From positions 972 to 64,971 of the forward strand of contig CAYUJB010000002.1 of NCBI GenBank assembly GCA_964444955.1: 64,000 nucleotides of DNA, in the 5' to 3' direction. This document shows, piece after piece, positions 46,452 to 55,636 of the stretch. The position numbers and the translations under genes were made by a program. This DNA is from an uncultured Candidatus Saccharibacteria bacterium (GTDB lineage Bacteria; Patescibacteriota; Minisyncoccia; 2-02-FULL-40-12; GWA2-44-9). Numbering within the stretch: the first letter of the stretch is position 1; each line of letters opens with the position of its first letter. Under the pieces are notes generated by a model. It did not search any database, was not told the DNA's origin, and saw nothing but the letters and a program-made list of their open reading frames with translations.

Positions 46452-47186
46452 TTACTCTTTCTTGGCTTTCTTTGCCTTCTTGACTGGCTTTTCTTCTGCA
46501 TCAGGCACTGCGATTGCAGCGACCAAGCTAAAATGGTCAGCCAAGATCTGTCCGGCCTCTTTCATGGCTTGCTCGGGTTGAATAGAGCCGTCGGTATCGA
46601 CTTCCATGGTGACACGATTGAAGTCAATGCGCTGTCCAACACGAACGTCGTCGATGGTGAAGTTCACCATGCGGACTGGTGAGAATGCTGCATCCACAGC
46701 AATGACACCGATGGGAAGCTTTTCTTTCTGACGAGTCTCGACGGCAACATACCCGCGACCCTTGGAGACGGTAAACTCAATTTCAAGTTCGGTCTTCTTA
46801 TCAGTGATGGTGCAGATTTTCTGCTCTGGGTTGACGAGCTCTACATCGGACGTGAGCTGGATGTCTTCACCGGTGACTTCGCGCTCGCCCTTCACTTTGA
46901 GAATTAAGATAACTGGCTCAGCGGAAAAGCTGCGGAAGCGAAGACGCTTGAGGTTGAGCAACACTTCGATGACATCCTGCTGCACGCCGGCAATCGCGCC
47001 GAACTCGTGTTCAACACCGTGGATCTTGATGGACGTGATCGCTGCACCCTCAAGGGAGGACAAAAGCACACGACGCAATGGGTTTGCAATCGTCGCGCCA
47101 TAGCCAGGCATCAGCGGACCAATTTCAAAAACGGCTTTAGTACCCTCTTTCTTCACTAACTTGATTTCTTCGGGGAGCTGGATCAT
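46452..47186 (-). CDS. rpoA: DNA-directed RNA polymerase alpha subunit, N-terminal domain only (no alpha-CTD; ends in a Lys-rich tail)
   Basis: 244 aa. The dimerisation/assembly alpha-NTD is clear. The sequence ends AIAVPDAEEKPVKKAKKAKKE with no HhH-containing CTD. Confidence 0.85.
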   Translation of the reverse strand: MIQLPEEIKLVKKEGTKAVFEIGPLMPGYGATIANPLRRVLLSSLEGAAITSIKIHGVEHEFGAIAGVQQDVIEVLLNLKRLRFRSFSAEPVILILKVKGEREVTGEDIQLTSDVELVNPEQKICTITDKKTELEIEFTVSKGRGYVAVETRQKEKLPIGVIAVDAAFSPVRMVNFTIDDVRVGQRIDFNRVTMEVDTDGSIQPEQAMKEAGQILADHFSLVAAIAVPDAEEKPVKKAKKAKKE

Positions 47187-47274
47187 ACGATTCGCCTACG
47201 TGTGACTGGCGGGACGAGGTTGAGGAGGTTACTGGTCGGTATCTCGTCGAGCAAGCTGCACGGCTGCGTATTAA

Positions 47275-47919
47275 TTAACGTGAATAGTATTCGATAATGG
47301 CTTGCAAGTCCCCTGTCTGGATACCGCTCTCCTCAACCGTGGGGCTCGCTTTAACGGTACCGGTAAGTGCCTTCTTATCAAGCTCCAGCCACGCCGGTGG
47401 CGTAAACGCCTCCATCCAGCGAGGTAGCAAGGTGGCAAAGTAGGGGGACAATTTGGAAGCTTCGCGAACGCCGATAACATCACCAACACGCACCACGATC
47501 GACGGCGTCTTGGCGCGCTTGCCGTTGAGTGTGATGTGTCCGTGGCCAACAACCTGACGAGCCTGATCGCGTGACTGTGCCAACCCCATGCGGAAAGCAA
47601 CATTATCCAAGCGGGTCTCGAGACTGCGGATAACGGCGATATAGGGCGACTCGCGCTTGGCATTCTCGAGTGCGCGCTTTACATAGGTCTTAAATGGCTT
47701 CTCTAAGAGACGATACACGTTACGCACCTTCTGCTTGGAACGAAGCTGCGTGCCGTATTCCGAAAGTTTGCGTGGGCGACGACCGCTGCCGTGCTGTCCT
47801 GGTGGAAATGGCCGACGAAGAACTGCTGACTTGGGTGAATTAGAGCGCTCGCCTTTGAGGCCGAGGCTCTCGCCCAGTCGTCGTTCGATTTTTCCGCGTG
47901 GTCCTGTATAGCGTGCCAT
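47275..47919 (-). CDS. rpsD: 30S ribosomal protein S4
   Basis: MARYTGPRGKIERRLG. Confidence 0.9.
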   Translation of the reverse strand: MARYTGPRGKIERRLGESLGLKGERSNSPKSAVLRRPFPPGQHGSGRRPRKLSEYGTQLRSKQKVRNVYRLLEKPFKTYVKRALENAKRESPYIAVIRSLETRLDNVAFRMGLAQSRDQARQVVGHGHITLNGKRAKTPSIVVRVGDVIGVREASKLSPYFATLLPRWMEAFTPPAWLELDKKALTGTVKASPTVEESGIQTGDLQAIIEYYSR

Positions 47920-47938
47920 AGGAGTGGGTAGTGCGTAA

Positions 47939-48427
47939 TTAGATGCGGCGTGGCTTCGGTGACTTTACTCCGTTGTGAGGCACCGGGGTCTTATCCATAA
48001 TCGAAGAAACATTGAGTCCGGTGCCGGCAATACCACGCACCGCTGCTTCACGTGCGGGACCAACACCTTTGACGACGATGCGTACATTCATAAGGCCGAA
48101 GCGCTTGGACTTCTCTACGGCATCCTTTGCAACGAGGTTAGCTGCATACGGTGTTGATTTCTTGGAGCCTTTAAATCCGAGCAAGCCGGCGCTGGAAAAG
48201 GTCAGCACATTGCCGCCCAAATCGCTGATTGCGATAAGCGTGTTGTTGTATGAAATGTTGATGTTGACGACGCCGTTGAGCACCTGCTTCTTGGTGCTTT
48301 TCTTGCCGGCTGTGGCGAGTTCCGTAGGTGCCTCAATAGACGCAGCTACAGATGCTTCGGTGGCCTCAGATTTTTCTTTGACAGCCTTAGGTGCCGCCAC
48401 TTTCTTTTTCTTGAGTTCGTCAGTCAT
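47939..48427 (-). CDS. rpsK: 30S ribosomal protein S11 with Lys-rich N-terminal extension
   Basis: Core GVVNINISYNNTLIAISDLGGNVL...VVKGVGPAREAAVRG. Start set at MTDELKK. Confidence 0.85.
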   Translation of the reverse strand: MTDELKKKKVAAPKAVKEKSEATEASVAASIEAPTELATAGKKSTKKQVLNGVVNINISYNNTLIAISDLGGNVLTFSSAGLLGFKGSKKSTPYAANLVAKDAVEKSKRFGLMNVRIVVKGVGPAREAAVRGIAGTGLNVSSIMDKTPVPHNGVKSPKPRRI

Positions 48428-48434
48428 CGGAGTA

Positions 48435-48818
48435 TCAAGTCTTGCCCTCTGCTTTGGTACGGCCAGAACCCATCGTGCGGCGAACATTGCCACGGGTAGT
48501 ACGGCTATTGGTCTTCGAACGACCGTGCACGGGAAGGCGGCGGGAGAGACGAGAACCCTTCCAGGTGCCCGTTTCTTTCTGGTGCTTCTGGTTCGTGCCG
48601 ACTTCTTTGCGGAGATCCCCCTCGATCTTATATGCGCGTTCGATTATTTTTTGAATCTTACCCAACTCCTCACCGGAAAGCTCAGACGCTTTCTTGTCAG
48701 GATCGATGCCAGCACTCTTGAGGATCACCGCTGCAGTCGTTGGTCCAATACCATACAGGTATGGTAACGAAAAGAGGATTTTTTTGTTGTCGGGAATTGT
48801 TACACCGAAAATGCGTGG
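48435..48818 (-). CDS. rpsM: 30S ribosomal protein S13
   Basis: MPRIFGVTIPDNKKILFSLPYLYGIG. Confidence 0.9.
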   Translation of the reverse strand, partial: PRIFGVTIPDNKKILFSLPYLYGIGPTTAAVILKSAGIDPDKKASELSGEELGKIQKIIERAYKIEGDLRKEVGTNQKHQKETGTWKGSRLSRRLPVHGRSKTNSRTTRGNVRRTMGSGRTKAEGKT

Positions 48819-48837
48819 CATGGTTCGTTTGAGTGAG

Positions 48838-48951
48838 TTATCCCTGACGCTGCTTGTGCTTTGCAATCTTGCACACGCAATACAAACGCTTTTTGCGTCG
48901 TACGAGTTTGCAGTTCTTACACATTGGTTTTACAGAAGCTTGTACTTTCAT
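48838..48951 (-). CDS. rpmJ: 50S ribosomal protein L36
   Basis: [37 protein letters not shown] (37 aa). Confidence 0.85.
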   Translation of the reverse strand: MKVQASVKPMCKNCKLVRRKKRLYCVCKIAKHKQRQG

Positions 48952-48979
48952 CTTACAAAAAAAGACGCTGCAACTACGT

Positions 48980-49228
48980 TTAGTTGCGGTAGACGATTCT
49001 TCCACGTCCTCGGTCGGGAGAAAGCTCAATCGAAACCTTGTCGCCTACCATCACTTTGATGTGGCGCAAGCGCATACGCCCGGCCAAGTAAGCCAGCACG
49101 ATAGTGCCGTCCTCAAGCTGGACATTGAACGTGGTATCGGGTAACGCCTCTATCACGCTGCCTATGACTTTTTGCTTTTTCTGGTCGATCAAGGGTGCTG
49201 TAGACTGCTTCGAGGGTGCCTCGGGCAC
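48980..49228 (-). CDS. infA: Translation initiation factor IF-1
   Basis: S1-like OB fold [31 protein letters not shown]...[15 protein letters not shown]. Confidence 0.85.
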   Translation of the reverse strand: MPEAPSKQSTAPLIDQKKQKVIGSVIEALPDTTFNVQLEDGTIVLAYLAGRMRLRHIKVMVGDKVSIELSPDRGRGRIVYRN

Positions 49229-49280
49229 ACCTCAGAAAGCCAATATATACTATCAGATGAGCGTTTTGGTGTCAACGACG

Positions 49281-51278
49281 CTAAGGAGTGGAGGTCGGAT
49301 AGACAACCTGAATGTCGATTTTGCTGGTTTTTGCGGGTACTGAACGCACCCAAAACGGGGACAACGTGACTGTGGCGGATTCAACGCCTTCGCGATTATG
49401 GAAGAAATCGCGAACACCGACTGAGCTTTTGCCTGCTATATCCCTGCGTATTGCATCAATGTCGATGGGTGCATATCCTTTCCCGGTGATGCCGACCGTG
49501 AAGGCGAGCGTTCCCAGATCGGATTTGAAGGTGATATCGGTGTATGTGAGCTTATGCTGATCAACCAGCACAACCTGTCGATCTTTTTTTAACATCGTGC
49601 GTGCAATGAGCTCATGTAAATCAGCGGTACGAAATGCGATTGTTTTGAGTGTCGCAGTGACCGTTACTTTTACCTCGCTGGCGGGGTTATCAACGAGCGC
49701 CGAGCTGGTAACATCAGAGATTACTGGAGCGTCCGCGTTGAGCACCATGAAATCTGCTCCTTGAGCCGTAATAGCGGTAGCGACTTGATCCTTTGCAAGC
49801 TGAATTGCTGCAGTCTTGGCGGCGTCATAATCAGCCTGCGTCACAATAACGGAAGGTCCAGATGCCCCGCCAGACATGGGAGCATCAGAAATGCCGTAGA
49901 ATGTCTGCACCTTATTGGTGTCCCCTTTTTCTTTGAAAGCCACAATAATAAAACGCCCAGCCGGAACGTTGTACTCAGTGCCGGGGGCGTCAGCTATGAC
50001 ATCAACAGTAATCTTACCCGCAACAGTCTTGCCTGCGTTCGTGGAACTGCCGGGTACTGTCACCGACTGCAGCGTACGGAATATCTTGCCGTCGCTGGTA
50101 CCAAATCGTGTGTTCGTAACCAAAGCTTGCGGCGAAGATGAGTACTCATTATAGACAGTGATTTTGCCACGAGCTTTGGAGGCAACATCGCGCTTCCCCG
50201 TAGCAGCTACAGTGTGTTCAGTCGTTTTGGTCACCTCGACAAGCTGCCCAGGAATTTTTCCAAATGCATCATCAATAGCGCTCACCGCATCCGATGCTTG
50301 CACCGAGATTTCGGTGTCGACTGCCGAGCTGGTCGGCGTGAGCGCAACGCGCGCTTTGCCGGTCATGAGATACACAACGCCCGCAAGCACAATAATCGCC
50401 GCGAGAAGTATCATACCCGCCATACGCTTCGGAGCAGAGCCAGAAGTTGCGCTACGTGTTGCGCGGCGGAAAAGTGAGGGTTCAGTGGAGTGAGTGGCAT
50501 CTTTAGCCTTCATGCCACGCCAAACGGTATCGATATAGTCCGAACCAGCTGCGAGAGCGGCATCTTCTGAGGATAGTCCGCGCTGAACAGGCACAGGAGC
50601 TGCTCGTTCGGACTTTGACGCAGGAGTGAGGGTACGGGCTGGAGCACCGATGCGCACACCATCAACATCGCTCGCCTTGGGCACCCGTCGCGCGCCTGCT
50701 TTGGGAGCAGCGGCAAGGGTAGCTACAGCTCGAGCACCCGAAGATCCGATCAAATCTGCATCATCACCCACCGTAAGGTCCGATTCTTTTGGTTCATCGG
50801 CGAGACCGTCACCATCTTCATCCACGCGGTTACCCTCGTCATCCAGGATACGCATATTGCGTAGTGGCTCATCGTCGTTGGACTCTTGCGGATCAGAGCC
50901 CTGTGTTTGGTCCGATGTGAGTGGCACATCACCAAGATCTGCGCCGTCATCCATATCAGGAATACTGAAATCAGTAGGGATTGCCGATCGCGCAAGTGTC
51001 GCCGTTTTCTTAGCTGTTTTACTTGCACCAGATGCCATAACGGTAAAACCAAACTTACGCGCTAACAGGGCTGTTTGAGGATTTGCAGTGAGAACCGAAA
51101 CTACCTTGCCGCCCTGTTGAGCTTCAGACGCAAACGCCGCGAAATGATCTTCGTGGCGAAAGAGCTTGCCTACGCGAGGCAGGACCAGGATAACCTCCAC
51201 TGCCGACGTCTTTTGAAATAGCTCAAGAATGTCGTTGAATGAATCATCCTTGAGGACATTAATAATTTTGACGCTCAT
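49281..51278 (-). CDS. Hypothetical 665-aa membrane protein (N-terminal cytoplasmic domain, acidic disordered linker, single TM, large C-terminal extracytoplasmic domain)
   Basis: TM segment MAGMILLAAIIVLAGVVYLMTG. D/E/G-rich low-complexity region at residues 100-280. No catalytic motifs. Confidence 0.55.
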   Translation of the reverse strand: MSVKIINVLKDDSFNDILELFQKTSAVEVILVLPRVGKLFRHEDHFAAFASEAQQGGKVVSVLTANPQTALLARKFGFTVMASGASKTAKKTATLARSAIPTDFSIPDMDDGADLGDVPLTSDQTQGSDPQESNDDEPLRNMRILDDEGNRVDEDGDGLADEPKESDLTVGDDADLIGSSGARAVATLAAAPKAGARRVPKASDVDGVRIGAPARTLTPASKSERAAPVPVQRGLSSEDAALAAGSDYIDTVWRGMKAKDATHSTEPSLFRRATRSATSGSAPKRMAGMILLAAIIVLAGVVYLMTGKARVALTPTSSAVDTEISVQASDAVSAIDDAFGKIPGQLVEVTKTTEHTVAATGKRDVASKARGKITVYNEYSSSPQALVTNTRFGTSDGKIFRTLQSVTVPGSSTNAGKTVAGKITVDVIADAPGTEYNVPAGRFIIVAFKEKGDTNKVQTFYGISDAPMSGGASGPSVIVTQADYDAAKTAAIQLAKDQVATAITAQGADFMVLNADAPVISDVTSSALVDNPASEVKVTVTATLKTIAFRTADLHELIARTMLKKDRQVVLVDQHKLTYTDITFKSDLGTLAFTVGITGKGYAPIDIDAIRRDIAGKSSVGVRDFFHNREGVESATVTLSPFWVRSVPAKTSKIDIQVVYPTSTP

Positions 51279-51317
51279 CGAGTTGGCGAATAGTTCCGCT
51301 CCAAGTATAGCACAACG

Positions 51318-54314
51318 TCATCGCTTTTCCATCAACGATCGTAGTGGACAGTAGGCGCAATCGGAATCTCCGCATCGTGCGTTCCAAAAAGCGAGCGATC
51401 GGATTTCTTCGGCAACACGTATAATTTCTGATTCCAGCGTGGCAACCGATTCCGGCGTGATATCGAATTTCTCGCGATGATACTTTCCGCGAAGATCCGG
51501 CTCGACAAAATCGATAACGCCTTCGCGCATACGGTATTTTCCGTCTTGGTAGCGATCTAGTAGAAGCTTATAGAAGGTAAGTTGCCGCAGGTAATTGCCG
51601 TCGCCGTCTTTCACATCGCCTGTGATTTGATTGCGCGATTTTGGCTTGCCTGTTTTGTAATCGACCACGAGTACCGCACCCGTGGCATCGAGGAGTTCGA
51701 CTTTGTCGATTTTACCGTTGATGAGAATGCCATTAGCAAGCTCCACTGCAGGAACTTTGAGCTGGTTGAAAATGTTGACATGCCACTCGGTGTGGTACTG
51801 ATCATAGTATCCCTGAAGCGCGGTGCGCCCGCGCGTAAGCGCCGCATCGAGATCTTGTTGCTGGAGCGGCTGATGTCGAATAAATGTCTCAAACAACTCG
51901 ACCAATGATTCGCGAGTTCCACGCTGTCCCTCTTTGAATCGATTGAAATACTCCTCTAGGGCGCGATCGACAGCATTTCCATACATCAGCGCGAAGGCAG
52001 GTGCTTCGGGTATGCGAATCAAATTAGTATAGAAGTATCGCCACGGACAGGTGAGATAATTATTGAGCGCAGTAACCGAGAGTCCGTGGTGATTGAAAAG
52101 TTCATTGAGATACTCGCGATCAGTCGCCTGCGGTATTTGCGCTGGCGCGGGTGCGTATCGCAGCGAGCTTTCGCGAAGCCAAGACTCCTCGAGCGCAGCA
52201 GTGTCGACGCGCAGCTGCACATCGGGACGTATATCCAAAAGGTAGGCAGTGGGAAGCTGCTCATTGCCGCGCTGATCACGCAGCGAATACGCGATCACGA
52301 CCTCTCGGCGCGCGCGGGTCAGCGCAACATAAAAAAGATTGCGTTCGTCGTCATCGAACGCGTCCGCTGCAAGCGTTGATTGCGTCTTCAGAAAGAGCGC
52401 CGGAGGAAGCTTGAGCAGTTCCCGTCGCTGTCGCTTCCCCCATCGCGCATCGATGGCATCGATGATGTAGACGTAATCAAATTCAAGCCCCTTGCTCTTG
52501 TGCGCGGTCATGACGCGTACACGTCCTGGCAACGGCATGCCGGTTACCGTCGATAGCGCGATGCCATGACTTCGCAAAAAATCGAGATGATCTGTAAATG
52601 CTGCAAGAGTGAGCGTGCGTTCGCGCTGCACACGCGAACGAATCATGTCGTATAGTGTGTGGAGACGATCGAGTGCATCAAGTGCATTCTCGTCACGCAT
52701 CATCTCCGCTAATAACCCCGATTCGCGCACGATCGCCTCAAGCGCAGCGGCTGCGGCAGGCTGTTGCGTTGCGGTTGCCCAGGAGCGAAGGAGTGCGGAT
52801 ACTTCCTGAAGACGCAGTGCACCATCGATCCCCGCTTCGTGCATCAAGGCAGTAGACCGTATCACGTCATAGGGGTTGCGCCCCGTTTTACAAAACACTG
52901 TGAGCTTGTAGACATCGAGCGGGTCGACTCCCAACGCGGGTGCGTGCAGTGCAATCAACAGTGGCCCCGCACTACCGTAGTTGCGGAGTGCATCGAGTAT
53001 GCGCACCAATTGATGGAGATACGGATCGGAAAAGATATCTTGCTGGGTGGAAAGCGTGAATGGAATTGCAAGCTTACGTAAAAACTCAGATACCGCAACT
53101 GCATCGCTGTTGTCGCGCGCAAGCACCGCAATTGACTCGGGACGCGCGCCCGCAGCAAGTCGATCCTGAATGTGTCGCGCCACACTCCAGTACTGAACGT
53201 CGGGCGAGCTGAGTGCCATTACGCTAACAGGAGTATCTGCGTGGCCGGATCGCGCTGCCAACGCCCCACCAGCACTTGAACGCACCCCTTCGGCAGCGGT
53301 AAGGATGAGCTGGCTGGAACGATAGTTGTCTTCGAGCGTGATCAGCTTCACTGAGGGGTAGAGTTTTTGAAAGTAGTGAAAATTCTCCAGTGACGCTCCT
53401 TGAAAACGATAGATGGCTTGCTTCTCATCGCCGACCACAAAGAGATTGGGAGTTTCCCAAAAACGCGCCAAGAGTTCTACGATGCGATTTTGAGTATTGT
53501 TGGTATCTTGGTGCTCATCAACCAGAATGTACTGATGCTGCTCTTGTAATATGAGCCGGAGCGTCTCGTCGGTTTCGAGAACACGCGCCACCTCCATAAT
53601 CATGTCGTTGTAATCAAACAGACGTTGCGCGCGCAGAGTAGATTGATACTGCGTATACACGAGTGCGAGCTCTCGGAGCTTTTTGGCCTGCTTCAGACGC
53701 TCTTCGTACACACCCTTTACCTTTCCTTTATGCGGACCTTTTTCATGCTCGAGATCCTCGGCGCTCATGACAGCACGCTCCTCGCGTTGGGCATAGGCAA
53801 CAAGCGCATCGGCGGTGACACCCTCGCGTTTGAGCGTGGATACGGCGTGAATAAGAACCCTGAGATAGAGATCCGGAGCGTTGACCGGCCGCAAGTATTC
53901 GAAAAGGTTTGCGGGATCATTGATACGCTCTTGGAGCATCACCGCTTGATCGTCATCTGAAATAAGTGTCGCGCCCGCCAGTGCACCCAGCGACTCAGGG
54001 TAGTCTCGGATAATGCCATTGCAAAACGAATGAAACGTCGTAATCATGACGCGATACGCGTCGGTGCCAATGATGGCAGCCAACCGAGCGCGCATCTCGG
54101 AAGCGCCCGATTCGGTAAATGTAAGGGCTAAAATCGCCTCGGGAGGCGTATCGGTCGCCGTGAGAATTTTGGCGATACGAAGGGTGAGAATATTGGTCTT
54201 ACCCGTGCCTGGGCCAGCAACCACCATGACAGGGCCGTCGATGGCATCGACCGCCTCTTTTTGGCGAGGATTGAGTGCCGCGTAGAGTCTAGTAAATTCG
54301 TTCGTCATTTTCAC
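51318..54314 (-). CDS. UvrD/PcrA-like superfamily-1 helicase fused to C-terminal PD-(D/E)XK (RecB-type) nuclease domain (AddA-like)
   Basis: Walker A GPGTGKTN and UvrD motifs. C-terminus VLVVDYKTGKPKS (DYK nuclease motif) plus CGDSDCAYCP Cys cluster. Confidence 0.8.
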   Translation of the reverse strand: MKMTNEFTRLYAALNPRQKEAVDAIDGPVMVVAGPGTGKTNILTLRIAKILTATDTPPEAILALTFTESGASEMRARLAAIIGTDAYRVMITTFHSFCNGIIRDYPESLGALAGATLISDDDQAVMLQERINDPANLFEYLRPVNAPDLYLRVLIHAVSTLKREGVTADALVAYAQREERAVMSAEDLEHEKGPHKGKVKGVYEERLKQAKKLRELALVYTQYQSTLRAQRLFDYNDMIMEVARVLETDETLRLILQEQHQYILVDEHQDTNNTQNRIVELLARFWETPNLFVVGDEKQAIYRFQGASLENFHYFQKLYPSVKLITLEDNYRSSQLILTAAEGVRSSAGGALAARSGHADTPVSVMALSSPDVQYWSVARHIQDRLAAGARPESIAVLARDNSDAVAVSEFLRKLAIPFTLSTQQDIFSDPYLHQLVRILDALRNYGSAGPLLIALHAPALGVDPLDVYKLTVFCKTGRNPYDVIRSTALMHEAGIDGALRLQEVSALLRSWATATQQPAAAAALEAIVRESGLLAEMMRDENALDALDRLHTLYDMIRSRVQRERTLTLAAFTDHLDFLRSHGIALSTVTGMPLPGRVRVMTAHKSKGLEFDYVYIIDAIDARWGKRQRRELLKLPPALFLKTQSTLAADAFDDDERNLFYVALTRARREVVIAYSLRDQRGNEQLPTAYLLDIRPDVQLRVDTAALEESWLRESSLRYAPAPAQIPQATDREYLNELFNHHGLSVTALNNYLTCPWRYFYTNLIRIPEAPAFALMYGNAVDRALEEYFNRFKEGQRGTRESLVELFETFIRHQPLQQQDLDAALTRGRTALQGYYDQYHTEWHVNIFNQLKVPAVELANGILINGKIDKVELLDATGAVLVVDYKTGKPKSRNQITGDVKDGDGNYLRQLTFYKLLLDRYQDGKYRMREGVIDFVEPDLRGKYHREKFDITPESVATLESEIIRVAEEIRSLAFWNARCGDSDCAYCPLRSLMEKR

Positions 54315-54659
54315 ATCGATATCATAGCTGATTCAAAAGGTACTGGACAGAGACAATCCTCAAGTGTAGAGTGAGACCTTGGGGAACGTTAACCTCAACC
54401 ACTACGTTCACGCTACTCTGAAGTTCTTTCTATCCAAGGAAGTGCTCGTTATGCAGAAGCTAACCGCAACCACCTCCAACGCTCACCGCGTTGATACTGC
54501 GCTCGCATCACCCGTATCGGGGTGTGAACCGGGTCTCGCCCGGCATATACGAGCCCCCTCCCTCGCTCAGAACGATCACGAAGGTGAAGCTCTCCCCACC
54601 GACACGGACGCATCGCGTAAGCGATTGCATCTGGACCCTCGCCTCTCCTGAACGCACAA

Positions 54660-54690
54660 CCCGGCACTTCAAGTGCCGGGTTTTATTATA
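54660..54690 (+). terminator. Rho-independent terminator (CCCGGCACTT-CAAG-TGCCGGG followed by TTTTATTAT) ending a plus-strand transcript of unknown function
   Basis: Seen directly in the sequence. Confidence 0.7.
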
Positions 54691-55636
54691 GATTGCTTAT
54701 GACAGCTTTCACGTCCGCTGCGGTGCGGCACTCCATGAGTTGCGCGCGCAAGTGTGCAGCGCCAGACCAACCTGAGGCGTACACCTTGTAGAATTTCTTC
54801 ATGAGATCAAACGATTTGATGCCATTCCACTGTGCGACCCACGCAGCGGTGTGGTGGAGTAAGAGCGTCAGACGCTGCTGAGGGGTAATCGCTTCCGGAT
54901 CAATACTGGCATCAAAAAGCCAGGGGTTGTGAAATATCCCCCGCCCAACCATATAGCCGTCTACGCCGTGCTCTTGGGCGAGCAGCGCACCTTGTACGCC
55001 TGAGATAACATCGCCATTGCCCACACACAGCACACCAGCATCGTGTGCCATCGCAGCCGCGCGACCGATGAAATCCCAGTGCGCAGGAACTTTGCTCATT
55101 TCTTTGACCGTACGCCCGTGCACAATAAGAACATCGGGTTTGGCATCAAGTACCGCGCCAATCCAACCATCCATCTCGTCGGTCGAGTAGGTGCCCAATC
55201 GCGTTTTTACAGCCACCGGTAAGCCTGCTGCGCCCTCGCGTATCGCCGCAATCAGTTCTTGAGCAAGAGGAGGAGTTTTGATCAGTCCAGCTCCTGCGCC
55301 CTGCTTCATCACACCACGATCGGGGCATCCCATATTGATATCCACGCCATCAAATCCTAATTCTTTCGCAAGTGCTCCGGCAACGTACAGGTGCTCCGGT
55401 ACCGTTCCAAAAAACTGCGCCACGATGGGGTGGTCATCGTCGGAAAGCGCGAGATCCAGCATGAGTCGCTCGCGACCCGCCGATGCCAGGCCGTGAGCCG
55501 AGACGAACTCCGTATAAAAAACATCGGGACGACCACAGCTCGCCACAATAGACCGAAATGCTCGGTCAGTGACATCCGCCATCGGTGCTAACACCGAGAA
55601 TGGCTTTGCAAGTTTTCCCCAAAATCCATGCGTCAT
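54686..55636 (-). CDS. dus: tRNA-dihydrouridine synthase
   Basis: LAPMADVTDRAFR... TIM-barrel flavoenzyme motifs. Confidence 0.85.
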   Translation of the reverse strand: MTHGFWGKLAKPFSVLAPMADVTDRAFRSIVASCGRPDVFYTEFVSAHGLASAGRERLMLDLALSDDDHPIVAQFFGTVPEHLYVAGALAKELGFDGVDINMGCPDRGVMKQGAGAGLIKTPPLAQELIAAIREGAAGLPVAVKTRLGTYSTDEMDGWIGAVLDAKPDVLIVHGRTVKEMSKVPAHWDFIGRAAAMAHDAGVLCVGNGDVISGVQGALLAQEHGVDGYMVGRGIFHNPWLFDASIDPEAITPQQRLTLLLHHTAAWVAQWNGIKSFDLMKKFYKVYASGWSGAAHLRAQLMECRTAADVKAVISNL

